From Octopus sinensis (Eukaryota), in assembly GCF_006345805.1 (NCBI RefSeq), contig NC_042998.1, positions 106,950,001 through 107,014,000 on the forward strand: DNA of 64,000 nt, written 5' to 3'. Both the position numbers and the translations under genes were made by a program. Positions 12,476 through 25,779 of this stretch are shown one piece after another (position 1 is the first letter of the stretch; each line of letters opens with the position of its first letter). Below the pieces are notes generated by a model. The model was not told the origin of the DNA. It made no database searches and worked only from the letters and a program-made list of their open reading frames with translations.

Positions 12476-13301
12476 TATGTAGGTATGTATGTATGCATGT
12501 ATGTATATGTATATAAATATGCCTATAGAAACACTCGGACGCACAACCCCTCACGCACGCACACACACACACACATACATCACAATGAAGGATTTACAAT
12601 TGAAAATCTTTATAGAATCACACAAGATTAATATATCACTAACCTCGATGGTAGATAGCTTAGAAATTGATATTGAAATGATATGTTAGCTTTTAATCAT
12701 CTCAATCAAAACAATTTCTCCATTCCATGTAAAATCGCGTGTGTATTTTGTTTCCAGATAAGTGCTATTTGTTCTAAGATAACGCAGCCGCAACTAAGAT
12801 TCAGATCTTAGTATTATATTGATTGAAGTACACGTATCTTATTTAATCACAGAAAGTTCCATGTCAGATTTTCGAAAACAATCTTCGGCTCTCAAGTGAA
12901 ATTCCAGTGGGCATATAAAAGGAAACTTTATCGACAATTGAGAATTGATCTGAAATTTTATTGAAGTGCATTTTCTTATGTTAAATGGAAATGGTGAGCA
13001 GTTAGAAATTAAAAAAAAACAACTGAAGAGACTGAAAAAGAGAAAATATTTTATGAAGAAAAATTTTCAGTAAATAATGTTGAATCTTTTGTCCTTAAAA
13101 CTATGCTAGTCTATCTCATTTTTAGAATCAAACTGTAAATTGCTTAAGCATGTTTATGCGTTATATGTGTATATTCCTTTCTGTTGAAGAGCATAGGCTC
13201 GAAACTTAAAAGACTTTCTCACTTTCCCGAGCGTCAAACTAATAAACCTGCTTGTTGTTCATACACCTATCTTCGCCTTTTGTTTTTCTGTAAATTTCAA
13301 C

Positions 13302-13372
<71 letters not shown>

Positions 13373-13384
13373 TAAATACCAAAA

Positions 13385-13535
13385 AAAAAGAACAACAACA
13401 AACACAAAAAAACAACAACGCGAGGACGTGGTACATGTAAAGTATTAGCAGACGCTCAAGGAAGGAAAGAAAGATGGTTTAACGTTTCGAGCATCGCTCT
13501 TCTTTAGAAACAGAGGAAAATCCAATAGAAAGGAA
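13385..13535 (-). mobile_element. Penelope-like terminal repeat fragment
   Basis: Contains a minimal type I hammerhead motif, which is characteristic of Penelope-like termini. Confidence 0.6.
13477..13511 (-). ncRNA. Minimal type I hammerhead ribozyme motif, mutated core
   Basis: GTTT-CTAAAGA-A-GAGC gat GCTC-GAAA-CG-TT-AAAC. Stem I is GTTT/AAAC, stem II is GAGC/GCTC, stem III is the palindrome AACGTT. Core G5 is replaced by A (plus-strand position 13505). Confidence 0.65.
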
Positions 13536-13539
13536 AACG

Positions 13540-16500
13540 GATGGACTCTCCCGTCGGTTTCGACAACCTACTTTTTCTTTGTCAGTCATAACGTTTATGT
13601 CGAATGTGACATTTAAGTCTTGCCAACGATTTGCAAAGAGCTCACAGATGCTGCAAGTATAAGGATTACAGGTCAGTGCAGGTGGTATATCTGCAGCAGA
13701 TTTTCTCCTTTGCCTTGCACCCCAAAGCCTGTTAATGCTGGTTGCTACAAAGTTTCTAATACTATTTTGACACAATGATCTTCACTTTGTTCACTCCAAG
13801 TTTATTCACTGAAATGTGTTAAGAGCTATCTTCACTGCTAAAAAGTTACTCTTCAGCTTGCCCTTATATATGAGCCATGGTCGACCAACATCCTCATGCC
13901 TACTATCAAGCTGGCTGTACATGAGAACTTTGGGTATTATTTCGTCACTCATTCTATTGACATGCCCAGCCCAACGCAGTTGTGACTGCATAAGGAAGCT
14001 CTCGATTCCTCCAATCTTACACCTGCTAAACAGGTCGGCATTTAGTGAATAACCGCAGATTGTCCTGAGACAGCCTTTGTGGAAGATGTCTAGTTAGTTA
14101 ATGTGTTGTCTATAGGGTATCCACGATCCTGAGCTATACAAGTGATTAGTAAGAATGGCAGCTTTATAGACTTGTTCTTTGGTCTCAAGTTTAATGACCC
14201 TTTCATTCCATAGGAGATAACGGCGTTAGCCAAATGTATGGTTTACCTTTGCAAGACGGTTGACGATTTCATCATCAAGAGAAGCGCTTGAATTCACTTT
14301 ACTACCAAGATATGTAAATGACTTCACATAATTTAGTTTTTTTTTCCATCAGCCTGTATAGGAGTGTCAGGAAAATTGTGAACAGGTGGCCTCTGATTGA
14401 CACCTCGAATTTGTTTAGGAGTAGGGCAAGGTTGGCGGATTACTACCGTCTTCTTTATGCTGATGGTCAAACCAAAAGCTTTACACGCAGCTGAAAACAT
14501 GTCTAGAAGTTTCTGAGCTTCCTCTAAAGAGGTCGCTGCTAGTACAGTATCTTCAAAAAGTAGATCACGAATGATACTGGTGCATAGCAGTGTTTTGAAG
14601 ACTGAATAGTCCACCACTTGTTCGAAACTGAAATTTGACACCATTTTGTATGCCGCCAAAAGCATACCTCAGCATCACTGAAAAGAAGAGTGCAAACAAA
14701 ACAAGGATCATAACACAACCTTGCTTTGTGTTGTTTGTAACGTCGAAGGAAGCCGAAGATTCCCCACCGGACACGATAGCAGACTTCATTCTCCCATGAA
14801 AGGAGATGATAACATTCAATATCTTGTCAGGTACACCAAGCTTTTTCAGAACTTTCCATAGTGCTTACCGGTTAACAGTTTCAAAGGCTTTACTAAGGTC
14901 AACGAATATCATTAACAACTCTTGATTTTTCTCACGTACCTTCTCCATGACCTGACAAAGGTAAAATACCAGGTTGATAGTGCCGCAACCACAGCGAAAT
15001 TCGCACTGTGATTCTGGATAGATATCATTTACGTGTTTGGTGATCCTGTCAAGAATGAGTTGAGCAAGAATATTACCAGCAATAGGCAGAAGCGATATCC
15101 CACAATGATTATCACAGACACTTTTGTTTCCTTTGTTCTTATAAAGATGTTGAATTGAGGCATCTTTGAAGTCCTGTGGTACATGACCTACCATCCAAAT
15201 ATTTATGAAGAGGTCATGCAATTTCTTAAAAAACCTGTCTACCATGCTAGTAAATTTCAGGAGGGACAGCATCCTTGCCAGGTGCTTTACCAGAAGAAAA
15301 CTGTTAAACAGAGTTTACCAATTCCAGGAAGATTGGCTCCAGAGACAATTCCGGTATTTCAGCGTGGTGTGGAATAGACATTATGACGTCATCATTAGTG
15401 ATTGAGGTAGAGTTCAACACGGCTTCGAAGTGATCTTACCATCGTTTCAGGATGTCAGAATTGTCAGTTAAGTGTCTCTCTATTGGATGAGAAAATAGGA
15501 GTAACACGGTGCTCTCGAGGACCATACACTTTCTTGAGGCCATCATAAAAGGCTTTAGAATCCTTTCTGTCTGCAGTTTCATGGATTTCAGTAGCCTTCG
15601 AAGACCACCAAGCCTCTTTCATCTGTCTCAGAGCACGTTGGACCTGGCCTCTACATTTCTTTTAAGCATTCTCTTTTCTAGATCAGCTCTTATTATTTAT
15701 CCATGTTTTATGAGAGTTGTGAATTTTATCTATCAACTGTTGGATATGCTGTTATCACTGAACGAATCTTGATGTTTACGAACAGGAATTTCAAAAACAT
15801 CTACAGAAGCTGAGTGCGTTGCATCACGCAGAGCCTTCCAAGATGATTCTATGTCATCACTGATATCAACAGTGTGGAGTGCAGTGTCCAACTTGATAGA
15901 GAGCCCAGCCTAATTTTCAGCAGTTTTCAAAGGCAGAACTTTACTGCCTTTCTACGGAGAAGAGAATGGTCAGAGAGATAGCAGGTGTTATGAAAGGAAT
16001 GTGTAATGTTAAAGTCCCTAATATCTCGCTTCGAAGTGATAATATAGCAATGTTTAGGGTTCCTTTTCTCGCCACTCCCCCTGTTGGGAAAAGCAGTGCT
16101 GTGTCTAAATAGACCTGCTTTGTCACCACTGGTGGAAACGGACAGCCCAGTTACTCACAACTTCTGTCCTGGAACAGCCATCACCCAATGGTCGCCAGTT
16201 GTGTAGAGAGTCCGGCAAGAGACTTCCAGTAATATCCTTTGCCTGTCCCTGCCGCTTTCACTCTCTCACCAGAGGACTTTTGGGGATGTGCAGTATTGAA
16301 TGAATGTAAGTTGTCAGAAAGCTCACACATATGATTTGGTTTAAGTGTTGAAGGTTTGTGTAGAACCAACCCCACGTTTTTTGAAGTTATGATAGCAAGA
16401 AGCTTTTTCTTCAGAAGTTTCCATCTAGATAAGCCGCTACAAACAAGATGGAAAGCCTCGCCTACCCTATGAATCAGAGTTTGCTGATAGTACAGCCCTG

Positions 16501-16599
16501 TTAAGGAGCCTCTCAGCAATCAAAGACCTGGTTTTATATCAGAGTTTCTCTCTCCTTGATGGAATGCCTTCACTGCGGTTAAAGAGCCCATCTGCCCCC
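13540..16599 (-). mobile_element. RTE-clade LINE, decayed, with internal deletion of the APE endonuclease
   Basis: RT motifs QDFKDASIQHLYKNKG…GISLL…PESQCEFR…FVDLSKAFETVNR, KQGCV, FGLTISIKKT and QLRWAGHVNRM. 3' end GGTTGTCGAAACCGACGGGAGAGTCC; 5' UTR reaches ~16599. Confidence 0.93.
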
Positions 16600-16707
16600 T
16601 AATATATGAAATTGAATACATCAAATTCAAAATTTAAATAAAATAAGATAAAACGGTATATACATATATACATATTGTTGGATGACCGTTGACTACTCAT
16701 GAGTGAC

Positions 16708-16822
<115 letters not shown>

Positions 16823-17229
16823 GCATATGTGTGTGTATGTATGTATGTATGTATCTACATAGATAGATAGCGAGAGACAGAAAGATAGATAAATAGATAG
16901 AGAGAGAGAGAGAGGGGGAGAGTTAGATTATTATATACGCACGAAGTGAAATAACTTAGAGTAGTCAGTGGTACGAATTTGGACAACATATACGTAGAAA
17001 GTAATACTAAATACCATAGAGGTGATTCTTGATTTATGGAAATTATTTTTTCTGAGAGAGAAGATAAACAGGCACCTAGTGGTGATTTCATCCGGCTACA
17101 AATGAGAAGCAGAAATCGTCTCAGAGACAAAAAAACACCCATGAACACGTGTTCTTGCCGCAATGTACGTCATCGACACAGTATTCTCAAATATGTTTAG
17201 TTGTAGGGTAAAGTAAACAAAAAAATACC

Positions 17230-17430
17230 GTTAGAAAATGGGGAAATAGTAAGACCTAACTTACGAAGTTCAGAGGATGCGGCATCGCCGCAAAGAAACC
17301 TTCGGAACATTGGCAAGAAGCTTGAATAGATAGTTGAAGATATTGAGATGCCTTCATTCTACAGAAAGCTTGTTTGCTTGACACAGCAATGAATATCAGA
17401 AATATTTCGGAAACAGAACAATAAAATGCT
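17230..17430 (+). mobile_element. R4/Dong-like LINE extreme 3' end
   Basis: Translates …ILQKACLLDTAMNIRNI, followed by a (GAT)n/(CAT)n tract. Confidence 0.65.
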
Positions 17431-17466
17431 GCTGAGTGGATGGTGGTGATGATGATGATGATGATG

Positions 17467-17497
<31 letters not shown>

Positions 17498-17499
17498 CG

Positions 17500-20360
17500 A
17501 CGACGACGATGACGACCCTGCGAAGAAAAACGGCAGAGTGTCCTCATGGGGATAACTTTACCACAGAGAGAAGAAGGTTTTAGCATCGGCTGGCAACACC
17601 CTAGAGATGATGTCTCGATAAAAACACTCGCGGTTGTGACATCTTACCAATGTAGTCCTTTTTATCAGTGTAATGCCAAATAAAAATCAACACAACAGCG
17701 TTCATGAGTCCCGAACCCCGAGTCTCTCGCACGGCGTGCTCCACCTTAAAACAGGGTGGACCTAATCATTATTCAAATACTGCTACAAAGTTTAAGAGAA
17801 AATTGACTCAAAACGACTATAGAACTGTAATGGAATGCTATTACAGAAGCGAGTTAACCAAATTGGATTCCAGAAAAAAATTATCATGGGAAGGCAGTAG
17901 GTATTCCAACTGGAACTGGTGGAGATCTCCACAACAATGAAAGAACGCTGAACACGAAGAAAAGTAGCAGAACAAGATCAGGGATTAATAGAGGGATCAA
18001 TAAATACATACAAAAGAAACAGCTATCAGGATGACGGTAAATTTTTTTTTTTTAGGGAAAGATTTTTACTGAGGAAGAAAGAAAATTTCTATTACACCTG
18101 AATGAGGCACGAAAGAGCGAAAGAAAGAGGCTATCACCTCTGAGAGGAATCGAAAGAGAAGAAGTATATAAAGTAGTGAAAAAATGGACGAATTGTTAAC
18201 GAAAATTTACATCGAAAACATAGCATATTTAAACGACTATATATACTGCGCAGCTTCTATCGTTGAGCAAACTCCTGGGATTAAATGTGAAAGAAAAACA
18301 AGGATAAAGCTCCATGGTGGGAGCGAAGGTCTCAGAACCAAGCTGAACAGGCCAAGAGAGACTTTTGGATGGACACATGCATTCATAGAATAAAGAGGGA
18401 ATGGGAAAGACACAGGAACAAACTTCAAAGGAAATACAACATACGACACAAAGGACTGCAAGTAATTCAAGAGGAACTAAGAGGAAGAATCAAAGCAGTA
18501 TCGGGTAAAAACAGCAGATACCATCAGACAACAAATCAGTACCAGCAGAATAGACTTTTGAAGAACATCGAGAGAAATTTCTATAAACAACGGGACGAGG
18601 TGATGATGTGTCAGATGCTGAAGCAGTAAGAAAATTCTGGAAAAAAATCTGAAGCAAAGAAGTCCAACATAATACAGAAGCAGACTGGTTATATGTATTT
18701 GAAAGAGAAATGAAAGTTGGAGTGACACAAGAAAATGTAACAATCACGGATAAGAGAATAAAAAAGATGATTAAGAAAATATTAAACTGGAAAGCCCACA
18801 GACCAGATGATGTCCAGGGTTTCTGGCTTTAAAATCTCCCAAGTATTCTCAGTTACATATGTTCATTTTTTTTTTTTTTACTGACTACATAGAAAATGGA
18901 ACACCAATATGGATGGCAAAAGTAAGGACAATACTAATACAGAAGGACAAAGAAAAGAGAGAGGAAGTCAGCAATTATAGATTTATTACTTGATTACCAT
19001 TACTCAGGAAAGTAGTAATTGGCTGCATAGCAGATGAAATGAATAATTTTGTGGAAAAAGAACCTACAGCCAGAAAAGCAAAAGGGTGTCAGAAGAAATC
19101 AAGAGGAACTAAGTAAGGAGGAAGAATTTAGCTGTTGGGTGGACAGATTACATGAAGTGTCCCGCACAGCTAGCTCTTGAAATGTCTGAGGAGACTCGAA
19201 TCCAATGAGACGATAATCAACTTTTTGGAGAAAGCAATGAGAGTGTGGGAAGTAGTACTGACATGTGCAAATGAATCACTATGAAATATAAAAATACGCA
19301 GGGGCATTTTCAAGTGAGACTCACTGACCCCATTACTCTTCGTCATTACGCTAATCCCTCTGACAAGTATACTGAGAAAATCAAGGCCCACCAGAGAGTT
19401 TACCAAATCCAAGTTGAGAATAAATCATCTCCTTTATATGGGTGACTTCAACTGTATACATAAAGAAATTAGATACACCTAATCTCTCTTACCCGAAGAG
19501 TGAGAGTATTCAATAAAGATATTGATTTGCAGTTCCACGTAGATAAGTGCGGAATACTAATTAAGAAGAGAGGACAAAAGATAAATTCTGATGACATAAA
19601 ACTACCATAAGACAACACCATTAGATTTCTGTGGAATAACGTGGGATAACAATACCAGTGCTGCAAGACGATAGGATAATGGAGGGAGAAATGAGAAAGT
19701 CACTAAAGAGTACAAGAAGAGAATTAGGAAGATGTTTGAAACAAAATTGAATGGAAGGAACATCATTAAAGCCATAAATACATGTGATATGCTCGTACTG
19801 AGATTTTCTGTTCCTTTTCTGAAATAGACAAAAGTCGAAGTACAGAACTTGGATAGAAGACCTCGAAAGCTGCTCACATTGCATTACGCACTCTACCCTA
19901 AAAGTAATACCGGCTGACTCTAGCTACCAAAAAAAGGAAGGTAAATGACACTGCGATACTGGGCCTGAAAATTTATGTTGCTCTGAGCAAAGAAGAATAC
20001 TATCGGCAACCAGAGATGCCTCAAAAGTGATGGAAACATTAGGAGAACTGAAAGAGAGAAGGAAGATTTGAAAAAAAAAAACGAAAGAAATGAAACTACA
20101 TGGTCAATTTATGCAACAAACCGAGTGTGTTGGAAGTAAAGATCGCTGGCTCTTGTTGCCAGACGGAAACTTGAAACAAGAGAAACAATAGTTATAGCCG
20201 CTTGGGAACAAGCCCTTGGAACAAATCTGATAAAAGCAAGGATCGACAAAACTCAGAGAGAAAATGTCGAGTCTGTAGAAAAAGAGACGAAAGCATCGAT
20301 CACCTTTTGAGTGAATACAGTATACTAGCAAAGCATTGTTTTAACTGGTACATCACACGT
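17500..20360 (+). mobile_element. R4/Dong-like LINE, long decayed copy lacking the RLE end
   Basis: N-terminal RKLTQNDYRTVMECYYRSE; QYQQNRLLK…RKFWKKI; RPDDVQGFW; DSLTPLLFVITLIPL; INHLLYMGD; LDRRPRKLLTLHYALYPKS; HGQF; CRVCRKRDESIDHLLSE. The 5' boundary is approximate. Confidence 0.88.
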
Positions 20361-20667
20361 ATTGAGAAGAGCATTGTCGCTATGAGAACGATTACCACCC
20401 ATGTAATTTTTTTCACATAACTTCGATTGATTTTGTAATAGCCTATCAATGTATACAGTGAGTTTCTTTGCCGTAGGAGTTGGGAAGACACTTGGGGGAA
20501 AATGGAAACAAAATTGGACATGCACATATACATACGTTCATGAAAAATCTACGGACATCATGCTCCTCTTTTGCACATTTGCCTATCAATACGTTTGTCA
20601 CTCATCGCGCACACACAAACACACACAGAGAATCACACACACAAACACACACAAACACGCACAGGTA

Positions 20668-20719
<52 letters not shown>

Positions 20720-22299
20720 GGCTTCAGTTATCAGACTTCCACCTCGCTCGAGTACCGCCTTAAAAAAATCTTCAAATGATTGTAATAAGCTTAGAACTTA
20801 TTCTTGTTTCCATTACTATCTTGATTCCATTATACCAATCTTTATTTATCTAAAAGCTAAGTTACCCTTTGATATGAAAGGCAGCAACTCTTTGCACCGT
20901 TTAACTGCGGTTTAACACAGGCGCACATGCATTCACACTAAAATAGATATGTATGTATATAGATAAAAATCTCACAAACAGGATTTTGGTGGAAGTCAAT
21001 AAAGAAAAATCACAGGCCCAGATGTGAGAAAGGAGAAGGACTAGCAGATGCACTCTAGAGTAACAAATATTTTCCTATCGTTAGTTGAAATCAAGAAATA
21101 TATGACTATATACTTACACATACGCGCATATACCCACATATACATACATCTGTGCATACATAAATATATACACAAATGTAAATGAAAAGCCCTGTAGAAA
21201 TTCAGTTAGTAGTCGTCTAAGCCAGCAAGATACATTTTAGTAAAATAGATATTAGCTGATACTCGTTCATAAGCTATCAATAGGACGGCGTAACATATTG
21301 AAAAGTACTTTTCATCACAAAAAATCACACACATATGGACACTGACTCACATAAAATGGTAATATGTAATTTGTTGATACACATACGGCATACAAGTGAA
21401 CAATCATTTTTCAATCATTCTGTACCGTAATAGAAACATATTTGTTTCTGCTATCTTTTCTGTCTTATATTTTACGTCTTTCATTTACACTGCGGGCGGA
21501 TTTAGCTATTTTCATTCAACTCAGCATATATTTCTATCTAGTTATCATATCAGATATAACCAAATATTCTCTCCTGGTACTTAATGATCTCACCTACATA
21601 ATGTAAAATATATACTAAGTATAGATTATATACTAGGCATTGCATATGGCATTAGATACCTACAAATCATAACAAATCATAATTCAGATATCAGCACATA
21701 TCTCACTCACATATCATGTAATATTATTAGATTTATGGCTCTGAAAATATTTTTATATTACAAGAGTGAAAAGAAATTTAGTTTTGTTTGACTTGGCAGA
21801 ATGTCAGTTTTTCTAAAGATATGATAGGAGTTGTTTTAAAGGCATCAGTGAATTTTAAACTTAGACCAGACAACGAAACTAAATCGTGTGAATTATATTA
21901 TAAACTTGTTCCAGTTCAAATAAGTTTTAGACATATTCGAACTCTCAAGAAGACCGTTCACAGCATTTTGTCATGGAGAAATATCCTCGCCGTAGACAAA
22001 AAGGCAAAAAGTGTAAACACAGCAGGTCAGTTCAAAGCGCCCTCTATCCAGATCGATAGATGCATACATTTTGAAGTAGTTATCTCATTAGCATAGAACA
22101 CTGAAAAGAAAGGCACTGAATTTCCAACTGAACCATCAATAAACAATAAAATTAAGTATGTGATACAGTCGATCACGACTACAACCAGTAGAGATTGTCC
22201 AATTAAAACATGGTCCTAATTTGGAAGTTAAAATATCCTATATAAAATGACAAGTCAAACTAACAAAATAACTAAATACCTAAAAGTACACTAGTCAAT

Positions 22300-22900
22300 C
22301 CCAGTATACTTGGAATAATTATGACAACTCCCAAATTGATTTACCAACAAGAGGGCCGTTGCAAGAACCCCCGAACTTCAGAAATAACAGCAAGTTTCCA
22401 CTAAGGTATACTTTACCGTCTTAGAAGAAATAGGGCACATCCTTTCCTTGTATACAAAAATGCGGGATATACTTTTTACTAAAGGCCTGCCTGACCGGGG
22501 AATAACTGAAGCTAGATAATAAAAATAAAATGTTTATTTTAGTACATTTTGTGTGGCTAAGAAATACATTGAAGATCAAGTGAATAGCAAGCAAAGCCAC
22601 CAATATTTGCAGCACATCGAAAGCTTTTAAGATGCCGTGGTACATATTCGGTGTACGCCACTGCAATATAGTGTATCTTGATTAGTTTTTCAGCACACCA
22701 CTGGGGAACGCCTGAATTAAGAATTCTTCAACATTTCCCCACATTTCTCTCCAGAATTCCACTCATAGCAGCAGAAAGCTCTATGTAAACCAAGGAATGT
22801 GTCTCTATATAATCGTTTGACTTTACTATAAACAGCAACCGAATCTCTATTAACTGTCATCTTACAAGGTAACTGAAACATCAAATACTAAGTGATGAAA
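22300..22900 (-). mobile_element. Possible ancient R4-like relic
   Basis: NRDSVAVYSKVK…EFWREMWGNVEEF resembles NRCQSAVYKDMR…EFWRKIWSEE at 63850-63965. Confidence 0.3.
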
Positions 22901-24329
22901 CAGACACAATTTCTTCTCCAGGAACTATTAGTAGCATAACAAGGTGAGCAGAAAGTGATGGAGTTGATGACATTTTCAAATGTCGACTTTACCGTTTTAC
23001 GACTTCTAGCTATTTATTAAAGCGTATATTTTAAGCTGTTTTATGTATTTGGGTTTTTCTTTGACTAGCTTATCCTGCAGCCTGTAAATTCTCGATATTT
23101 CATATTCAGCCATAAAACTGTTGCTCTAGACTTTCTAGCACTTCATCCATCAACTGAATTAACCTATGTAAAAAGATTATTTCTGATATATCTTCCATTC
23201 CTATCTTTCAATCTACATTTCTTTACCTATCAATTTGCACGTATGCCTATATCTTCTCTGGATACAGACGCTCACATACATATGTGCGAGTTCAATTCTA
23301 TTTGCTTAAATATATTATGGAGGAAAACGTTTGTTGAACATGATATCGATGATGACACTTGCATTATAATAACATGGATGACAAAGACGATAATAATAAT
23401 ATTAATAATGATAATAATAATGAATATTACAGTTGATATTATTACTGCCAAAGCAACGAAAATTGTAACGACAGCAATAACTTGCTACTGACTTATCCAT
23501 CGTGAATCATGGGTATGTCTCTGCTAAAAAAAGAAATAGCAAGAAGGAACAGGAAGGTAAACATAGCCTCATCTTCTGACCCCTTGAGTAAGAAAGATGC
23601 TGTAGACAAGCACAAAGTGTCCGAGTATGGTATAGTGACAAGTGTTTCAACAAAAGAAAAAAGTGTTTACGAGCGGAATAACCAGTTGTTGACTCCATTC
23701 AGCACCAAGATAAGCGAAAAATCAAATAGACGCGGCCAAAATTACAAATCAGGCAATGCGTCAACAACTATCACTACTACAGCAGCCTAACAGAAACAAC
23801 AACAAAAAACACAACAACAGTGACAATAAAACAACGATAGAATCAATATCAATAGATGCAAAAACCACACAACAATAGCAGCAACAAAAGGAGCTATAGC
23901 ACAACTGCAACAATCACATAACAACTACTACTATAACAACAGAAGCAACACGCGCAGAAACTACACTACGGCAATTACAAACCACGGAGGAACTCCTCAG
24001 CTACACCATCCTCCATATGAAAAATGAAAAGTTCATGGAATTTGTGCAAATAAGGACAGAATATTTACAAAAGTTGAGGATTTTAATGCACTCATTGATC
24101 TATGAAACATCAAATGAAGATCTGGTGAGAAGCACATCAGAAATGCATAGCATGCTGAGTAAACATTTCACCGATGGCGTTTCAACATATCCTCAACAAG
24201 AACGTGTTGGAATAACCTTTCAAATATTTTGAAAAATGAATGTCTCAAAAACAGAGTAATTGAAAACTTTCCACTCTTTGTTTATTTGGTCTCCAATTTT
24301 CCTCACGTGATCATACCAAGAATAGAGCG

Positions 24330-24660
24330 TATAACTGAACGTAGCACAGTCTCAGAGTCGAAACACGGACACCTGCTCAATGATCTAAGGTCACCACAAA
24401 TAGATATAGCAGCCATCATCGAGACCAAAACTTTCTGAGGCTTAATCACTCGCCTGTTTTTGTTCCACTACAACGTCTGTGCCTTCTTTGAGCGGCACAG
24501 ATCAAGTGATATGATAGCGATGTTTCTGAAAAGCCTGGATGCAAAAGTAAGCACAACCTTCATAAATTCAGATGAGACTAGACGTGAACTATAGTGAGTG
24601 CTGCTGTTGCAGTCTCACTAATGGCTAACTCCCTAACGGCCGGATTTCTTTAGACGGATT
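24330..24660 (+). mobile_element. Tx1/L1-like APE endonuclease N-terminal fragment
   Basis: KHGHLLNDLRSPQIDIAAIIETK…FLKSLDAKVSTTFINSDE…RPDFFRRI. Confidence 0.6.
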
Positions 24661-24988
24661 AGAAATATTTCTGTGACATATTAAACATAAGCTGGGAGTG
24701 TGAAGAGAAGGCAAAAATCACAAATCTGCTCAGATAGTTCCAACTGTTTGGCAAGTATCAACTTCATTTCCTCAATACACCAGTGTCAACTTGAACAAAA
24801 CGAAACGTATCATCTAAGCTGTACATGTAGTATTGAAGCTCGTGGTTTGGGTTGTAGGCTACACAGACCATAATTTCATTATCTGTACAGTGAAGATAGA
24901 CAAGATTATTAGATATTGGAAGCGCTGAACGTGTCTTTCTCAGTAAGAAATATGTTTAAAGATATTAGTTAAGCGGAAATTAACGGTG

Positions 24989-25095
24989 GCACTAGCTGCG
25001 GCGGTACATATTCTAAAATTGGAACGATACAGAGAAGATTTGCATGGCCACTGCGCAAGGATGACTCGCAAATTCGTGAAGCATTCCATTTTTTT
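24989..25095 (+). ncRNA. U6: U6 snRNA, full-length but mutated (probable pseudogene)
   Basis: …TAAAATTGGAACGATACAGAGAAGATTTGCATGGCCACTGCGCAAGGATGACTCGCAAATTCGTGAAGCATTCCA + T7. The ACAGAGA box is intact, but the AGC triad reads TGC (25041), the ISL has C>A (25050) and the 5' stem-loop is disturbed. Confidence 0.94.
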
Positions 25096-25098
25096 CTA

Positions 25099-25274
25099 TA
25101 GGCGCAGGAGTGGCTGTGTGGTAAGTAGCTTGCTTACCAACTACATAGTTCCGGGTTCAGTTCCACTGTGTGGCACTTTGGGCAAGTGTCTTCTACTATA
25201 GCCTCGAGCCGACCAAAGCCTTGTGAGTGGATTTGGTAGACGGAAACTGAAAGAAGCCCGTCATATATATATGC

Positions 25275-25343
<69 letters not shown>

Positions 25344-25564
25344 TGTGTTTGTGTGTCTGTGTTTGTCCCCTCAACATCGCTTGACAACCGATGTTGGTGT
25401 GTTTACGTCCCCGTAACTTAGCGATTCGGCCTAAGAGACCGATAGAATAAGTACTATGCTTACAAAGAATAAGTCTTGGGGTCGATTTGCTCGACTAAAG
25501 GCGGTGCTCCAGCATGGCCGCAGTCAAATGATTGAAACAAGTAAAAGAGTAAAACAGTAAAACA
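25099..25564 (+). mobile_element. Full-length tRNA-derived SINE family A
   Basis: Head TAGGCGCAGGAGTGGCTGTGTGGTAAG…GGGTTCAGTTCC, CORE-like TTGGGCAAGTGTCTT, internal microsatellite, tail CATGGCCGCAGTCAAATG and terminal (GTAAAA(G/C)A)3. Confidence 0.93.
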
Positions 25565-25779
25565 GGTGGTCACGTGGTGGTTCCCGCTGAAGAGCAAAGA
25601 CGTAGCGGCAGAGAACAGTAACGGACAAGCTCTAGTTACACAACTAACTGTAAACATGAAGCAAGGAACGAGGAGAGGACAGTTTTGTCTTTGATGCACC
25701 GTAGGAATGAAATTTTCCCCGAATTACCTTGAATGATTTTAACTGTTAGAAACTTCATCCATTCGCCCATCTTCTCTGC

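Noticed and set aside
23509-24232. 93-aa and 71-aa plus-strand ORFs
   Set aside because: No motif or homology; they run into degenerate (AAC)n repeats.
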